Assembly (NCBI GenBank): GCA_963514005.1
Contig: OY740806.1
Coordinates: 5,146,001-5,210,000, forward strand
Length of the DNA stretch: 64,000 nucleotides
Origin: Raja brachyura
Taxonomy: Eukaryota
Reading direction: 5' to 3'
Part shown: positions 34,561-49,639 of the stretch, piece after piece
Numbering within the stretch: position 1 is the first letter of the stretch
Layout of the letters: the number at the start of each line of letters is the position of its first letter
Made by a program: the position numbers and the translations under genes
Notes under the pieces: generated by a model
Databases searched by the model: none
Told to the model about the DNA's origin: nothing
Seen by the model: the letters and a program-made list of their open reading frames with translations, nothing else

Positions 34561-37500
34561 TGAAATGGATTGTTAGCCCTGCACCTACTGTGCTTGACTT
34601 GACCAACAACACCCATGCCGGCGCTCCAGAAAGCCCCCCCCACCCCTGCACTAACCACCAATATTGGAATTGGTGTTGAGGTGGAATATTGCGTTGGGGG
34701 ACCAGCCCTCCAGTGGGAAGCTGGGACCCACTTAGTCTAGTACTAAATAAAGTCATTGTTAAGAAGGGGAAATGAAAGGACCAGTCTGAGAGGAGGGTTT
34801 GTGTGTGAACGTAGATAAGGTAGACAATCAGAACCTTTCTCCTTTTCTCCTCCAGGGTGAGAATATCTAACATAGACAATAGATAATAGAAAATAGGTGC
34901 AGGAGTAAGCCATTCCGCCCTTTGAGCCAGCACCGCCGTTCACTATGATCATGGCTGATCAGCCACAATCCCACCATCTCCCCGTATCCACTGACTCCGC
35001 TATTTTTAAGAGCCATATCTCATTCTCTCTTGAAAGTATCCAGAGAATTGACCTCGAAGTAGGCCAATTCTCTGAGGCAGAGAATTCCACAGTTTCACAA
35101 CCCTCTGTGTGAAAATGTTTTTCCTCTCCTTCATTCTAAATGGCTTACCTCTTATTCTTAAACTGGTTCTGGACTCCTCCAACACTGGGGACACATTTCT
35201 GACCACTAGCATGTCCAAACCCTTAATAATCTTATATGTTTGGTCCTTGTTCATCAGTCACTGAAAGTAAGCATGTCAGTACAGCAGGCAGTGAAGAAAG
35301 TGAAAGGTGTGGGCTCACCAGGGCCCTGGACAACTGCAGAAGGATATTTTTGCTCCAATACTCAACTCCTCTTGCTATGAAGGCCAACAGGCCATCCACT
35401 TTCTTCACTGCCTGCTGTACCTGCATGCTTACTTTCAGTGACTGAGATCCCTTTGTCTATGTTAAATTTTATGAAGTTGTGTGTCTTGTTGCTTTTTTGG
35501 TATGGTTATATGGCAAATCAAATTCCTTGTATGTTCTTCCATACCTGGCTAATAAATTATTTCTATCTGTATCTGGTCCCCTAATTTGAGGAAAGACATT
35601 CTCAAAGAAGTGGTGGAGGCAGGATCGATTTTAACATTTAAAAGTAAAGTGGATAGGTATATGGACGGGAAGGGAATGGAGGGGTATGGTCTGAGTGCAG
35701 GTAGATGGGACTAGAGGAAAATAAATGGTCGGCACGGACTGGAAGGGCCGAGAGGGCCTGTTTCCGTGCTGTAATTGTTATATTGTTATATGGTTATATG
35801 GTTATATGTCCGAGATGAAAATCTACAAGATCTAAAACTAATCTTTCTGATGTTCGGGTATAAGATAGGGTTTAATGTGCTGAACCATTTGTTCCATCAT
35901 AGATCACTTTAATCATAAGATGCAAGACGTAAATATTAAAACTGGGGGTGAAGGAATTACATTTTGTAGTTGGAATGTTAATGGAATTAATGAACCCATC
36001 AAGAGAGATAAAGTATTAGCTCATTTAAAATCACTTAAAACAGATATAATATTCCTCCAGGAAACGCATCTTAAAAAGGAAGCGCAACACAGATTGAAAG
36101 CAAAATGGATTGCTAAAATGTATCACTCTTCTTTCACACATAAATCTAGAGGAGTTGCAGTACTAATCCGTAAAGGTATACCTTTTAAACATATATCAAC
36201 TATAGAAGATATTGGCGGCAGATATATTGTATCAGCAGGTGAGTTATACTAAAAAAAAAGTGACGCTTCTTAATGTATATGGAGCAAATTTTGATAGTAT
36301 AGAATATTGTTAAAAAACAATGGGCTATCCCGGAATGCAAGAAATATAACTTAATAATTGGTGGAGACTTAAATTGTACACTACATTCTTATTTAGACAG
36401 ATCATCAACTCAAAGAAAGTTAAAATCTCAGTCAAGTGAATTTCTAAATTCATATATTAATACTACCAACATCAAGATGTCTGGAGAATTGAAAATCCAT
36501 CCGGACGAGAATATTCATTTTATTCACCGGTGCATAAAACCTATTCTAGGATAGGCTATTTCTTAGTAGATTCTAAACTTATTCCATTCACCTACAACTC
36601 GCAATATCATAATATTATAATCTCGGACCATGCTCCACTAACATTTATGATTAAACTAAACGGAATGGCCGAGAAACAGACACAATGGAGACTTAACCCC
36701 CAAATCTTAAATGAAAAGGTATGTCATGAATGCCTTGTAAAACAGATTAATATGGTTTTCGAGGCTAATGACCGTCCCGGAACTTCTGCTTCCCTTCTTT
36801 GGAAAACATTTAAAGCATTGTATGAGGAACATTAATCTCCTCCCAGGCATTTCTTAATAAAGAGAATAGGGCTAAACAACAGGCATTGGAAATGGAAATA
36901 AGGCAATTAGACATAGAAAACGCAGTAGCACTTTCTATGGCAAAACACAATAAAATTGCAGCACTGAAATATAAGTTAAATAAAATATACTCTGACCAAG
37001 TTATAAAACTTTATCAACATACAAAACAATTAAATTTTGAAATTGGTGATGAACTACAAAAACTATTAGCACGTCAGCTTCGTAAACTGGGCGGGGAAAA
37101 AACAATTTATGAAATTAGATCAGACAAGGGAGAAATATTAAGACTACCCAAAGATATTAATGACAGATTTTCACAATACTATCAAAAACTTTACTCAACT
37201 AAAGTGACAGAACAATCAACAGGAATGGAAGCATTTTTGCAGAAATGTAATCTTACGGGTTTAGATCTGAAAGAGCGAGAATTACTAGGTGCTGAAATAA
37301 CGATAAAAGATATCAAAGTCAATTAAATCTTTAAAAAATAGAAAGGCTGCAGGCCCTGATGGCCTAAGCTCTAAATTTTATTTTAAAAATTATGATCTGA
37401 TTTTACACGTTTATACTCATCAGAAACTCCCAGAAACTTTAAACAAATCTACAATAATACTTATACCAAAAACTGATAAGGATCTTGAAGACCCAGGATC

Positions 37501-38839
37501 ATATAGAGCAATAGCTCTCTTAAATACTGATCAGAAAATATTAACTAAAATCCTATCTCATAGCTTCCAGCCGAAGTGGTGGAGGCAGGATCAATTTTAA
37601 CATTTAAAAGTAAAGTGGATAGGTATATGGACAGGAAGGGAATGGAGGGGTATGGTCTGAGTGCAGCTAGATGGGACTAGGGGAAAGTAAATGTTTGGCA
37701 CGGACTGGAAGGGCCGAGAGGGCCTGTTTCCGTGCTGTAATTGTTATATGGTTATATTGTTATATGGTAATATATATTGAGTTTAGTGATTAACAAATTA
37801 ATACACCCCGACCAAACAGGTTTTATTCCAAAACGTTACTCATTTTACAATTTGAGACGACTATTTAATATTATATACTCAAATAGAATAGCTAATGCAG
37901 ACCTAGCAATTATCTGCTAGATGCTGAAAAAGCATTTGATCAGGTTGAATGGTCATATTTATTTTCGGTGATGGAAACATTTCAATTGGGAGAGAAGTAC
38001 TGAACATGGGTTAAACTTTTATATTCTAACCCAACAGAATATTAACAAACCAAATGTTATCAGCTAAATTTAATCTTTCTAGAGGTTGTAGACAAGGATG
38101 CCCGCTTTCCCCTTTATTATTCGCTCTTGCAATTGAACCATCAGCAGAAAGTGTTAGACCTCATCCGGAAATACACGGGTATAATACTAAACACACAATA
38201 AATAAAATCTCCTTATATGCAGATGATGTATTAATATATATTACAAAGCCAGAAACGAATATTCCAAACTTATTAAATCTAATAACTCAATTACCAACCA
38301 GTTAGCCTGACTTCGGTGGTGGGAAAATGCTGGAGTCAATTATTAAAGAGGTAATAATGGAGCATTTGGATAGCAGTAAAAGGATTAGTCCAAGTCAACA
38401 AGGATTTATGAAAGGGAAATCATGCTTGACTAATCTTTTGGAATTTTTTGAGGATGTGACAAGTAAAATGAATGAGGGGGTGCCAGTGGATGTAGTGTAT
38501 CTAGACTTTCAGAAAGCCTTTGATAAGATCCCGCACGGCAGACTGGTAACTAAATTTAGAGCACATAGTATTGGGGGTAGGGTGTTGACATGGATAGAAA
38601 ATTGGTTGGCAGACCAGAAGCAAAGAGTAGGAGTGAACGGGTCCTTTTCAGAATGGCAGGCAGTGGTGAGTGGAGTGCCGCAAGGCTCGGTGTTGGGGCC
38701 ACAATTGTTTACCATATATATATATATAAATATATATGATTTGGAAGAGGGAATTAGGAACAACACTAGCTAGTTTGCAGATGACACAAAGCTGGGTGGC
38801 AGTGTGAACTGGAAAGAGGATGTTAGGAGGTTGCAGGGT

Positions 38840-41800
38840 ACTTTAATTATACTCAACACTTACCTGATGCCGATCCACAACCAGCATTAAGGAGGAAAAA
38901 TTATGAACTTGTAAAATTATTGGACTTGGAGAGCTCAATGATTATTAATAATAAACTAATATATAATAGTATTAGTTCAGTACTAACCATTATTAATAAA
39001 TATATGCGATACCTCCTTAAATAACCTAAAACGATAACAGCAAATTAAATCAATAAAGTATTAATAAGAATGGAAATGTAACACCCCGCCCCTAAATATA
39101 TTGCCCTCAAGGCATTTACGGAACTGGAAATATAAACATCTTTTTTTTTCCCCAACGGAAGTCCGTAGTTTAACAGCCACGCTAGTGTGGCTAACACTAA
39201 CACCACTTTATGTAGCTTTAGACACTCTTTCTTTCCTGCACTTTTCCAATAATATTACTAACTTTTTCTTTTCTCTTTTTTATATTATTTTTTAAAATAT
39301 ATTATATGTGGAATTATATTACTTTACTTTTGAATGGAATTATACAGTAGACTGGAGAGGATATGTATGTCAAATAATGTTATTAGTATTAGTTGATCAT
39401 AAACTAGGGTGCGAAATTGGGATATATGTGCTGAGACATCTACCTCATTATAATCCACCATAACATCCAAATGCACGACACTAACAAGAAAAAGGGGGGT
39501 GATGGAATCACCTTCTGTAGTTGGAATGTAAAAGGTATTAATGAACCAATCAAAAGAGGTAAGGTTTTGGCGCAATTAAATAGAATACAAGCTGATATAA
39601 TCTATCTTCAAGAGACTCATCTAAAAAAGGAGGCACAATATAGGTTAACGGCAAATTGGATTTCTAGGGTGTATCATTCATCATTCACTCATAAATCTCG
39701 AGGAGTTGCCATTCTTATTCGTAAAGGTATTCAATTTAAACATAGTTCAATAATAGAGGCCCCAGAAGGTAGATATATAATAGTCACGGGTGAATTATAC
39801 TCGAAGAAGGTTGTACTTCTTCGGGGAGGATTTAAACTAATGTGGCAGGGGGATGGGTACAAGAGCAGAGAGGCAGGTGGGTGTAAAACGAGGGTGGAAG
39901 CAATAGGGAGCAAGGTGAAAAGTAAAGTGGCAGGCAGACAAAACCAGGGCAAAAATCAAAAAGGGCCACTTCTCAACAAAATTGTATAAGGGGTAGTAAG
40001 AGCGTTGTAAAAACAAGCCTGAAGGCTTTGTGTCTCAATGCAAGGAGTATTCGTAATAAGGTGGATGAGTTGAACGTGCAGATAGCTATTAATGAGTATG
40101 ATATAGTTGGGATCACGGAGACATGGCTCCAGGGTGACCAAGGCTGGGAGCTGAACATCCAGGGATATTCAATATTCAGGAGGGATAGAGAGAAAGGGAA
40201 AGGAGGTGGGGTAGCGTTGCTGGTTAGAGAGGAGATTAACGCAATGGAAAGGAAGGACATTAGCTTGGAGGATGTGGAATCGGTATGGGTAGAGCTGCGA
40301 AACACTAAGGGGCAGAAAACGCTAGTGGGAGTTGTGTACAGGCCACCTAACAGTAGTAGTGAAGTTGGGGATGGTATCAAACAGGAAATTAGAAATGCAT
40401 GCGACAAAGGCAAAACAGTTATAATGGGTGACTTCAATCTACATATAGATTGGGTGAATCAAATTGGCAGGGGCGCTGAGGAAGAGGATTTTTTGGAAAG
40501 TATGAGGGATAGTTATCTAAATCAACATGTAGAGGAACCAACGAGAGAGCAGGCTATTTTAGACTGGGTATTGAGTAATGAGGAAGGGTTAGTTAGCAGT
40601 CTTATTGTGCATGCCCCCTTGGGCAAGAGTGACCATAATATGGTCGAGTTCTTCATTAGGATGGAGAGTGACATTGTTAATTCAGAAACAATGGTTCTGA
40701 ACTTAAGGAAAGGTAACTTTGACGGTATGAGACGTGAATTGGCCAAGATTGACTGGCAATCAATTCTAAAAGGGTTGACAGTGGATACGCAATGGTAGAC
40801 ATTTAAAGACTGCATGGATGAACTACAAAAATTGTTCATCCCAATTTGGCAAAAGAATAGATCAGGGAAGGTAGTGCATCCGTGGATAACAAGGGAAATC
40901 AGGGATAGTATCAAAGCAAAGGATGATGCGTACAAAGTAGCCAGAAAAAGCAGCATACCAGAGGACTGGGAGAAATTCAGAGACCAGCAGAGAAGGACAA
41001 AGGGCTTGATTAGGAAAGGAAAAATAGATTATGAAAGAACACTGGCAGGGAACATAAAAACTGACTGCAAAAGTTTTTATAGATATGTGAAGAGAAAGAG
41101 ATTAGTTAAAACAAATGTAAGTCCCTTGCGATCAGAAACAGGTGAGTTGATCATGGGGAACAAGGATATGGCGGACCAATTGAATAACTACTTTGGTTCC
41201 GTCTTCACTAAGGAAGACATAAATAATCTGCCGGAAATAGCAGGGGACCGCGGGTCAAAGGAGTACTCGAGTGAAATCCAGGTTAATCGGGAAGTGGTGT
41301 TGGGTAAATTGAATGGATTAAAGGCCGATAAATCCCCAGGGTCAGGTAGGCTGCATCCCAGAGTACTTAAGGAAGTAGCTCCGGAAATAGTGGATGCATT
41401 AGTGATAATCTTTCAAAACTCTTTAGATTCTGGAGTAGTTCCTGAGGATTGGCGGGTAGCAAACGTAACCCCTCTTTTTAAGAAGGGGGGGAAGAGAGAA
41501 AACGGGGAATTACAGACCAGTTAGTCTAACATCGGTAGTGGGGAAACTGCTAGAGTCAGTTATTAAAGATGGGATAGCAGCACATTTGGAAAGTGGTGAA
41601 ATGATTGGACAAAGTCAGCATGGATTTACGAAAGGTAAATCATGTCTGACGAATCTTGTGGAATTTTTCGAGGATGTAACTAGTAGCGTGGATGGGGGAG
41701 AACCAGTGGATGTGGTGTATCTGGACTTCCAGAAGGCTTTCGACAAGGTCCCACATAAGAGATTAGTATATAAACTTAAAGCATACGGCATTGGAGGTTC

Positions 41801-44800
41801 AGTATTGATGTGGAAGGAGAACTGGCTGGCAAACAAGAAGCAAAGAGTAGGAGTAAACGGGTCGTTTTCACAATGGCAGGCAGTGACTAGTGGGGTACCG
41901 CAAGGCTCAGTGCTGGGACCCCAGCTATTTACAATATACATAAATGATCTGGATGAGGGAATTGAAGGCAACATCTCCAAGTTTGCAGATGACACTAAGC
42001 TGGGGGGCAGTGTTAGCTGTGAGGAGGATGCTAGGAGACTGCAAGGTGACTTGGATAGGCTGGGTGAGTGGGCAAATGTTTGGCAGATGCAGTATAATGT
42101 GGATACATGTGAGGTTATCCACTTTGGTGGCAAAAATAGGAAAACAGACTATTATCTAAATGGAGGCCGATTAGGAAAAGGGGAGATGCAGCGCGACCTG
42201 GGTGTCATGGTACACCAGTCATTAAAAGTAGGCATGCAGGTACAGCAGGCAGTGAAGAAAGCGAATTGTATGTTAGCTTTCATAGCAAAAGGATTTGAGT
42301 ATAGGAGCAGGGAGGTTCTACTTCAGTTGTATAGGGTCTTGGTGAGGCCACACCTGGAGTATTGCATACAGTTCTGGTCTCCAAATCTGAGGAAGGACAT
42401 TATTGCCATAGAGGGAGTACAGCGAAGGTTCACCAGACTGATTCCTGGGATGTCAGGACTGTCTTATGAACAAAGACTGCATAGACTCGGTTTATACTCT
42501 CTGGAATTTCTGGAGATTGAGAGGGGATCTTATAGAAACTTACAAGATTCTTAAGGGGTTGGACAGGCTAGATGCAGGAAGATTGTTCCCGATGTTGGGG
42601 AGTTCCAGGACAAGGGGTCACAGCTTAAGGATAAGGGGGAAATCCTTTAGGACCGAGATGAGAAGGAATTTTTTCACACAGAGAGTGGTGGGTCTCTGGA
42701 ACTCTCTGCCACAGAGGGTAGTTGAGGCCGGTTCATTGGCTATACTTAAGAGGGAGTTAGATGTGGCCCTTGTGGCTAAGGGGATCAGAGGGTATGGAGA
42801 GAAGGCAGGTACAGGATACTGTTGGATGATCAGCCATGATCATATTGAATGGCGGTGCAGGCTCAAAGGGCCGAATGGCCTACTCCTGTACCTAATTTCT
42901 ATGTTTCTATGTTACTTATGAATATATATGGCCCAAATTTTGATAATCCACTATTCTTTAAGAAAATATTTAACACTATCCCTACAGTAACACAGAACAA
43001 TCTAATAATTGGGGGCGACTTAAATTGCACTTTGGATAACTATTTGGACAGATCTTCAATCAAAAGGAAGGCTATTTCTAAATCAAGCGAATTCATAAAT
43101 TCCTTTATTAGATCAGCTAATGTCAAAGATATTTGGAGAAATGTAAATCCTAATGGCCGAGAATACTCATTTTACTCGCCGGTATTTGGAACATACTCCA
43201 GGATAGATTATTTTCTAATAGATTCAAAACTTGTCCCATTTACGTATGACTCAAAATACCATAATATTATTATTTCGGATCATGCTCCATTAACATTTAA
43301 GATTAACTTAAAGGGTATAACTAAAGGATATTCGCAATGGAGACTTAATCCTCATATATTAAACGATAAAAGGTGCTCAGATTATCTGGTTAAACAGATT
43401 GAATTATTTTTTGAAACCAATGATAAACCTGGAATTTCATCATCTCTTTTATGGGACACATTTAAAGCTTTTATACGGGGTGCTACAATCTCAGCGCAGG
43501 CATATCTGAATAAGGAAAATAGAAAGATTCAACAGAAATTGGAAAATGAAATAAGGCAGTTGGACATGGAAAATGCTATGTCTCCATCTAGGGTTATACA
43601 TAATAAAATTGTAACATTAAAATACAAATTAAATGAGATACAAAGTATGTTATTAAACTTTTTCAAAAGACCAAACAAATACATTTTGAATTTGGGGATA
43701 AACCGCATAAATTGTTAGCCCGGCAACTAAGAAAAACAGAAGAAGAAAAAATGATATATAAGGTCAAATCTGAACAAGGAGATATATTAACTTTACCAAA
43801 AGATATTAATGATAGATTTCAACAATACTATCAAAAACTTTATACATCAAAAGTGACGGATCAACCCGAGACAATAGAAACGTTTCTCCAGAAATGTAAC
43901 ATTAATGGATTAGATCGGGAAGGTAGAGAATTATTAGATGCCGAAATATCAGCAAAAGATATTGAGGAATCAATTAGATCATTGAAGGCTGCAGGACCCG
44001 ATGGTTTGGGGGTTGAATTTTATAAGAAGTTTCATGATTTGATCGTCCCACGGTTACAAACTATGTACAAAGTTGCCTACGAACAAGAACAACTTCCAGA
44101 AACCTTAAAAGAACCCACAATTACACTTATTCCTAAGGCAGACAAAGATCCAGAAGACCCAGGATCATACAGAGCAATAGCTCTTTTAAATACAGATAAA
44201 AAAATATTAACAAAAATATTATCTCAACGGTTAAGTTTAGTGATCAATAGATTAATACATCATGATCAAACTGGTTTTATTCCTAAACGTTTTTCCACTT
44301 ATAACTTAAGACGTCTGTTTAATATTATCTACTCGAAAAGAATGACTGATATTGAACTAGCAGTTATATCCCTGGATGCGGAGAAGGCGTTTGACCAGGT
44401 TGAATGGCCTTATTTATTTAGGATAATGCAGAAATTCCAACTGGGAGAAGGATTTTGCAAATGGGTTAGAATTTTATACTCTGGCCCAACAGCAAGAATC
44501 CTAACAAACCAAATGTTATCAGCAAAATTCAATCTTTCTAGGGGTTGTAGACAAGGTTGCCCGTTATCACCTTTACTATTTGCACTCGCTATAGAATTAT
44601 TAGCCGAAAGGATTAGAGTAGAACCAGAAATTTATGGATATAATACTAAAACTACAATTAAAATATCTTTATATGCAGATGATGTTTTATTGTATATAAC
44701 AAAACCAGAGGTTAGCATCCCTAAAGTACTTGAAGTGATAAATGAATTTAGTAAGTTCTCAGGATATAGAATTAACTGGAATAAAAGTGAAATTATGTCT

Positions 44801-46806
44801 ATAACAAGAATTAAATTGAATAAATTACAAAAATTTCCATTTAAAATAGCTAATAATCAAATTAAATATCTTGGAATTAATGTATCAAAATCTTATAATT
44901 CTTTATTTAAATCTAATTTTCCCCAATTATTAAATAAATTAAAAACAAATATTTTATATTGGAAAACATTACCGATATCAATGATCGGTAGAATAAATGC
45001 CATTAAAATGATTTTTTTGCCTCAATTACTATATTTATTTCAAGCCATTCCGTTATATCTTCCTAAAATTTTTTTTTTTTTTAATTGATTCTATAGTTAA
45101 TAGCTTCATTTGGGATTACAAAAATCATAGAATAAGTAAAACACACTTATGTAAATCTAAGATAAATGGTGGATTAGCTTTACCTAATTTTTTATATTAT
45201 TTTTGGGCGGTTCAGATTAAGAACTTTAATTATTGGTTGATACAGATGGAACAAGACCCAGCTTGGTTAAGAATTGAAAAGGAAGATTGTTTCCCTTTCG
45301 ACATAAGCACAATACTCCTTGCCCTGGGGTGGTACAAAAAAATCATATAAGGAAAACCCTATAATTTTAAATAATATACATACCTGGAAACAAATCATTA
45401 AGACTTTACATTTAGAAACTATGCCACTTTGTTTACCAATTATGAATAATCCTATGTTTAAACCTTCGACATTGGATGTGGGGTTTAGACATTGGAAAAA
45501 TTTAGGAATAATAAGGATAGAACATCTTTACAGGAATGGGAAATTCCTCTCATTCCAGGAGTTGAAAGAGATTTATGGACTGCAAGCAAATAATCTATTT
45601 AGATATTTACAAATTAGAGATTATGTCAAATTAAATATGCTAAATTACAGAAATAGAGAGCCAGGTATACTGGATGAAGTACTTAACAAGCATCCAACAA
45701 CAGAAAAATTAATAGCATATATATACAATATTTTTTTGGACAGGGAAATGCCAAAAACGGAACTATTCCGACAAAAATGGGAAAATGAAATTAGTTTACC
45801 TATAACAGAAGATTTATGGGAAGAAAGCTTACAACGAATTCATCGCTGTTCGTTAAATGCCAGACATACTTTGATACAATTCTAAGTAATACATAGATTA
45901 CACTGCTCAAAAAAGAAATTAAATAGAATTTTTCCTACTATATCACCATTACGTGATAAATGTCAGCACATAGAAGCCGATCTAAATCATAGTTTTGTAA
46001 TATGTACAAAACTTAAAAGTTATTGGACTGAGATTTTTAAAATTATTTCCACAGTTTTAAAGATCACATTAAGCCCTGACTCAAAATTAATTATATTTGG
46101 GGTTTTAGATTCAAATCAAACTTTAACAGTAAATCAAAGAAATTTTCTGGATTACTGTTTAATAATTGGAAAAAAATTAATATTACAATTTTGGAAGGGG
46201 CCATTATCCCCGACAATTAAAATGTGGACAGTGGAAATGTTGGAGACATTACAACTGGAGAGAATTAGATTTATCCTAATGGATAAACCTGAGATTTTTG
46301 AACAAATATGGTCTGCATTCACTGATTATATGAAGGGGTAGCTGGGCTCAGCATTGAAACTCAATGAGTACCCGGTGGAAAGATCAAATAAAAATGTTTA
46401 AGCTCAGATTTATATACTTGTCTCTATATATTATAATTAGAAATTGCCCCATTCATTGATAAGATGTATACCGTTTTCTTTTCCACAAGTATTTTTTTTT
46501 ATTTTTGTTTATCTTTTTAGTTTTTTATTTTATTTTATTTATTTAATTATTTATTGTTTAAATTTAATTTTTTTTAATTTTTTTAAATTTCTCTCTTCTT
46601 TATATTAATCAACTATAATCATACTCTTATAATTATTCACTATTCTTTCTTTATACTTTTTACACTATAAAAAAAAGTGAGGCCAATATATATATTTTGT
46701 TAACATTTATATAATTTTGGAAAGATGTATTAACTACATTTGGAAAAAATGCTATATTATTTGTTATATGTATGGCCTCTAATAAAAATATATTTTAAAA
46801 AAAAAA
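38840..46806 (+). mobile_element. L1/Tx1-clade LINE 'L1b', near-complete ORF2 (39471-46341) with 3' UTR and poly(A)
   Basis: EN starts 39471 and resumes about 42913 (LMNIYGPN...GGDLN...SDHAP); RT ORF 43712-45088; AATAAA and A-tail to 46806; TSD GTTGCAG(G/A)GT at 38830-38839 and 46807-46816. Confidence 0.9.
39819..42912 (+). mobile_element. CR1 'CR1b', almost full ORF2 (APE and RT), inserted in the L1b endonuclease
   Basis: ORFs 40028-40798 (LNARSI, ITETWL, GDFN, SDHN), 40814-41524, 41538-42554 (FADD), 42466-42921; only a few disablements. Confidence 0.93.
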
Positions 46807-49639
46807 GTTGCAGAGTGACCTGGACAGGTTGAGTGAGTGGGCAGATGCGTGGCAGATGCAGTATAATATAGATAAATCTGAGGTTATCCACTTTGGCGGC
46901 AAAAACAAGGGGGCAGATTATTATCTCAATGGTGTTAGGTTAGGTAAGGGGGCGGTGCAGTGAGATCTGGGTGTCCTTGTACACCAGTCACTGAACATTG
47001 GCGTGCAGGTACAGCAGGCAGTGAAGAAAGCTCATGGAATGTTGGCCTTCATAACAAGAGGATTTCAGTATAGGAGTAAAGAGGTTCTTCTGCAGTTGTA
47101 TAGGGCGACCACATCTGGAGTATTGTGTGCAGTTTTGGTCTCCTAATTTGAGGAAGGACATCCTTGTGATTGAGGCAGTGCAGCGTAGGTTCACTAGATT
47201 GATCCCTGGGATGGCGGGACTATCATATGAGGAAAGATTGAAAAGACTAGGCTTGAATTCACTTTAGTTTAGAAGGATGGGGGGGGGGGGGGATCTTATA
47301 GAAACATATAAAATTATAAAAGGACTGGACAAGCTAGATGCAGGAAAAATGTTCCCAATGTTGGGCGAGTACAGAACCAGGGGCCACAGTCTTAGAATAA
47401 AGGGGAGGTCATTTAATACTGAGCAGAGAAAAAAATGTTTTTTCCCCAGAGGGTTGTGAATTTATGGAATTCCTTGCCACAGAGGGCAGTGGAGGCCAAA
47501 TCACTAGATGGATTTAAGAGAGAGTTGGATAGAGCTCTAGGGGTCAAGGGATATGGAGAGAAGGCATGCACGGGTTATTGATAGCGGACGATCAGCCATG
47601 ATCATATTGAATGGCGGTGCTGGCTCGAAGGGCCGAATGGCCTCCTACTGCACCTATTTTCTATGTTTCTAAGTTTCTATGTTTAATTTGGTCAGTTTTC
47701 AGGATATAGAATTAATTGGAATAAAAGCAAAATCATGCCAACAATGGAACTCAATTTACATACACTACAACAATCCCCTTTTAAAATAGTTAAGGAAAAA
47801 TTTAAATATTTAGGAATTTATGTAACTAAGACATACTTCTTTATTGAAATCAAATTTCCCACCTTTACTGAATAAACTAAATAAGAATATTCAATATTGG
47901 AAAACACTTCCCATTTCAATGTTTGGTAGAACTGCTATAAAAATGATGTTTTTGCCGCAATTGCTGTACCTATTTCAGTCAATTCCGATATATATCCCCC
48001 AATGTTTTTTTTTTTAAAGTTGACTCCATTGTTACAAGTTTCATTTGGGATTATAGGAATCATAGAATAAGCAAAAAACATTTACAAAAAGACTTAAAGA
48101 CTTAAGTAAATCAAGGAGGTTTAGCTTTACCAAATTTTCTGTTTTATTTTTGGGCAGTTCATATTAAAAACATGAATTTCTGTCTGGAAGAAATGGATCA
48201 GCAACCAGACTGGTTAAGGATGGAAAAGGAAGATTGTTTGCCTTTTGAAATTGGTTTAATTACGTTTGCGCCCACAAAATTGCACAAAAAAAACCCTATA
48301 GGGAAAACGCTATAATACATAGTGGCATACAAATCTGGAAACAATTAAAAAAGGCTTTAAAATATAATATATCACTCTGTTTTCCCATTGTAAACAATCC
48401 TTTATTTAAACCTTCCATATTGGATAAAGGTTTCACACAATGGAAAAATCACAGAATTAAAAAGATGGGACATCTTTATAAGAAAGGAATTTTTCTTTCA
48501 TTTCCGGAGTTACAACAGATTTATGGACTACACTCAAATAACTTTTTTAGATATCTACAACTTAGAGATTATGTTAAATCTAATACACAAGATTATAGGA
48601 GTAGGGAACCAGAAATCCTTGAAAAATGTTTGAATAAACATCCTAATACAGAAAAGTTAACAACTTATATTTATAATACCCTCTTAAATAGCGAGGGCCC
48701 ATTGATGGAATCATATAGACATACATGGGAAAATGAATTAGGCCAGCCTATAACGAAAGATATTTGGGACAAAAGTTTACAATATATACATCAATGCTCG
48801 TTAAATGCCAGACATGCTTTAATACAATTTAAAGTTTTACACATTACACTACTCTAAAGTAAAATTAAATAGAATTTTCCCACATATCTCGCCTATCTGC
48901 AATAAATGTTAGCATCTAGAGGCTAATTTAACACATACTTTTGCAAATTGTATAAAAATCAAAAGTTTCTGGATTGATATTATTAGAATAATTTCTGAAG
49001 TTGTTAATACTAAACTGGATCCCGACTCAAAACTGATAATACTTGGAATATCAGAACAAAGTCTAACACTCACAACAAGCCAAAGAAACTTTCTAGACTA
49101 CAGTATAATAACTGGGAAGAAATTAATATTACAATTTTGGAAAGGTCTTATAACCCCCACAATTAAAATGTGGATTATGGAAATGTCGGAGACCCTACAC
49201 CTGGAAAGAATCAGATTTGTCTTAATGGACAAACAAGAACTCTTTGTTAGAATATGGTCTTCATTCATCGATTATTTGAAGCGGTAGATTGGTTCGGCAT
49301 GGGAACCTAACTGAAACTTGAACTCAGGATTAGATAAAAAGTTATACTTTATAATCTTTGAATCTATCTCCAATTATGTATTATTAAGAAGAAGGGTCTA
49401 TATGGTTATATGGCTGAAGAAGGGTTTCGTCCCGAAACTTTGCCACTCTCCTTCGCTCCGTAGATGCTGCTGCACCCGGTGAGTTTCTCCAGCATTTTGC
49501 GTACCCTCGATTCTCCAGCGTCTGAAGTTCCTTCATTAACACATGTATTATTAATAAATCATTCCATTCTTTTTTTTTATCTTGACATTTGTGGGCTTTT
49601 TTCCTTTCATTCTCTCTTACTTTCTAGCTATAAAAAAAA

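Larger units (their letters stand above)
38293..47682 (+). mobile_element. CR1 'CR1a' (about 38293-38839 and 46807-47682) inserted in L1a and split by L1b
   Basis: RT ORF 38327-38773; continues ...RRLQ|xDLDRLxEW after 46807; TTTCTATG tail at about 47680. Confidence 0.85.
35810..49390 (+). mobile_element. L1/Tx1-clade LINE 'L1a' (ORF2 pieces about 35920-38292 and 47683-49288), split by nested insertions
   Basis: SWNVNG...FLQETH...SRGVA, SDHAP (APE); RGCRQGCPLSPLLF, LYADD. The reading resumes LLNLITQ|FGQFSGYRINW after the inserts. Confidence 0.85.

Noticed and set aside
41615-42133. Antisense ORFs such as MPPKWITSH... (recurrent, also 57906-58310)
   Set aside because: Shadow frames of CR1 RT; they recur only because the element is repeated.
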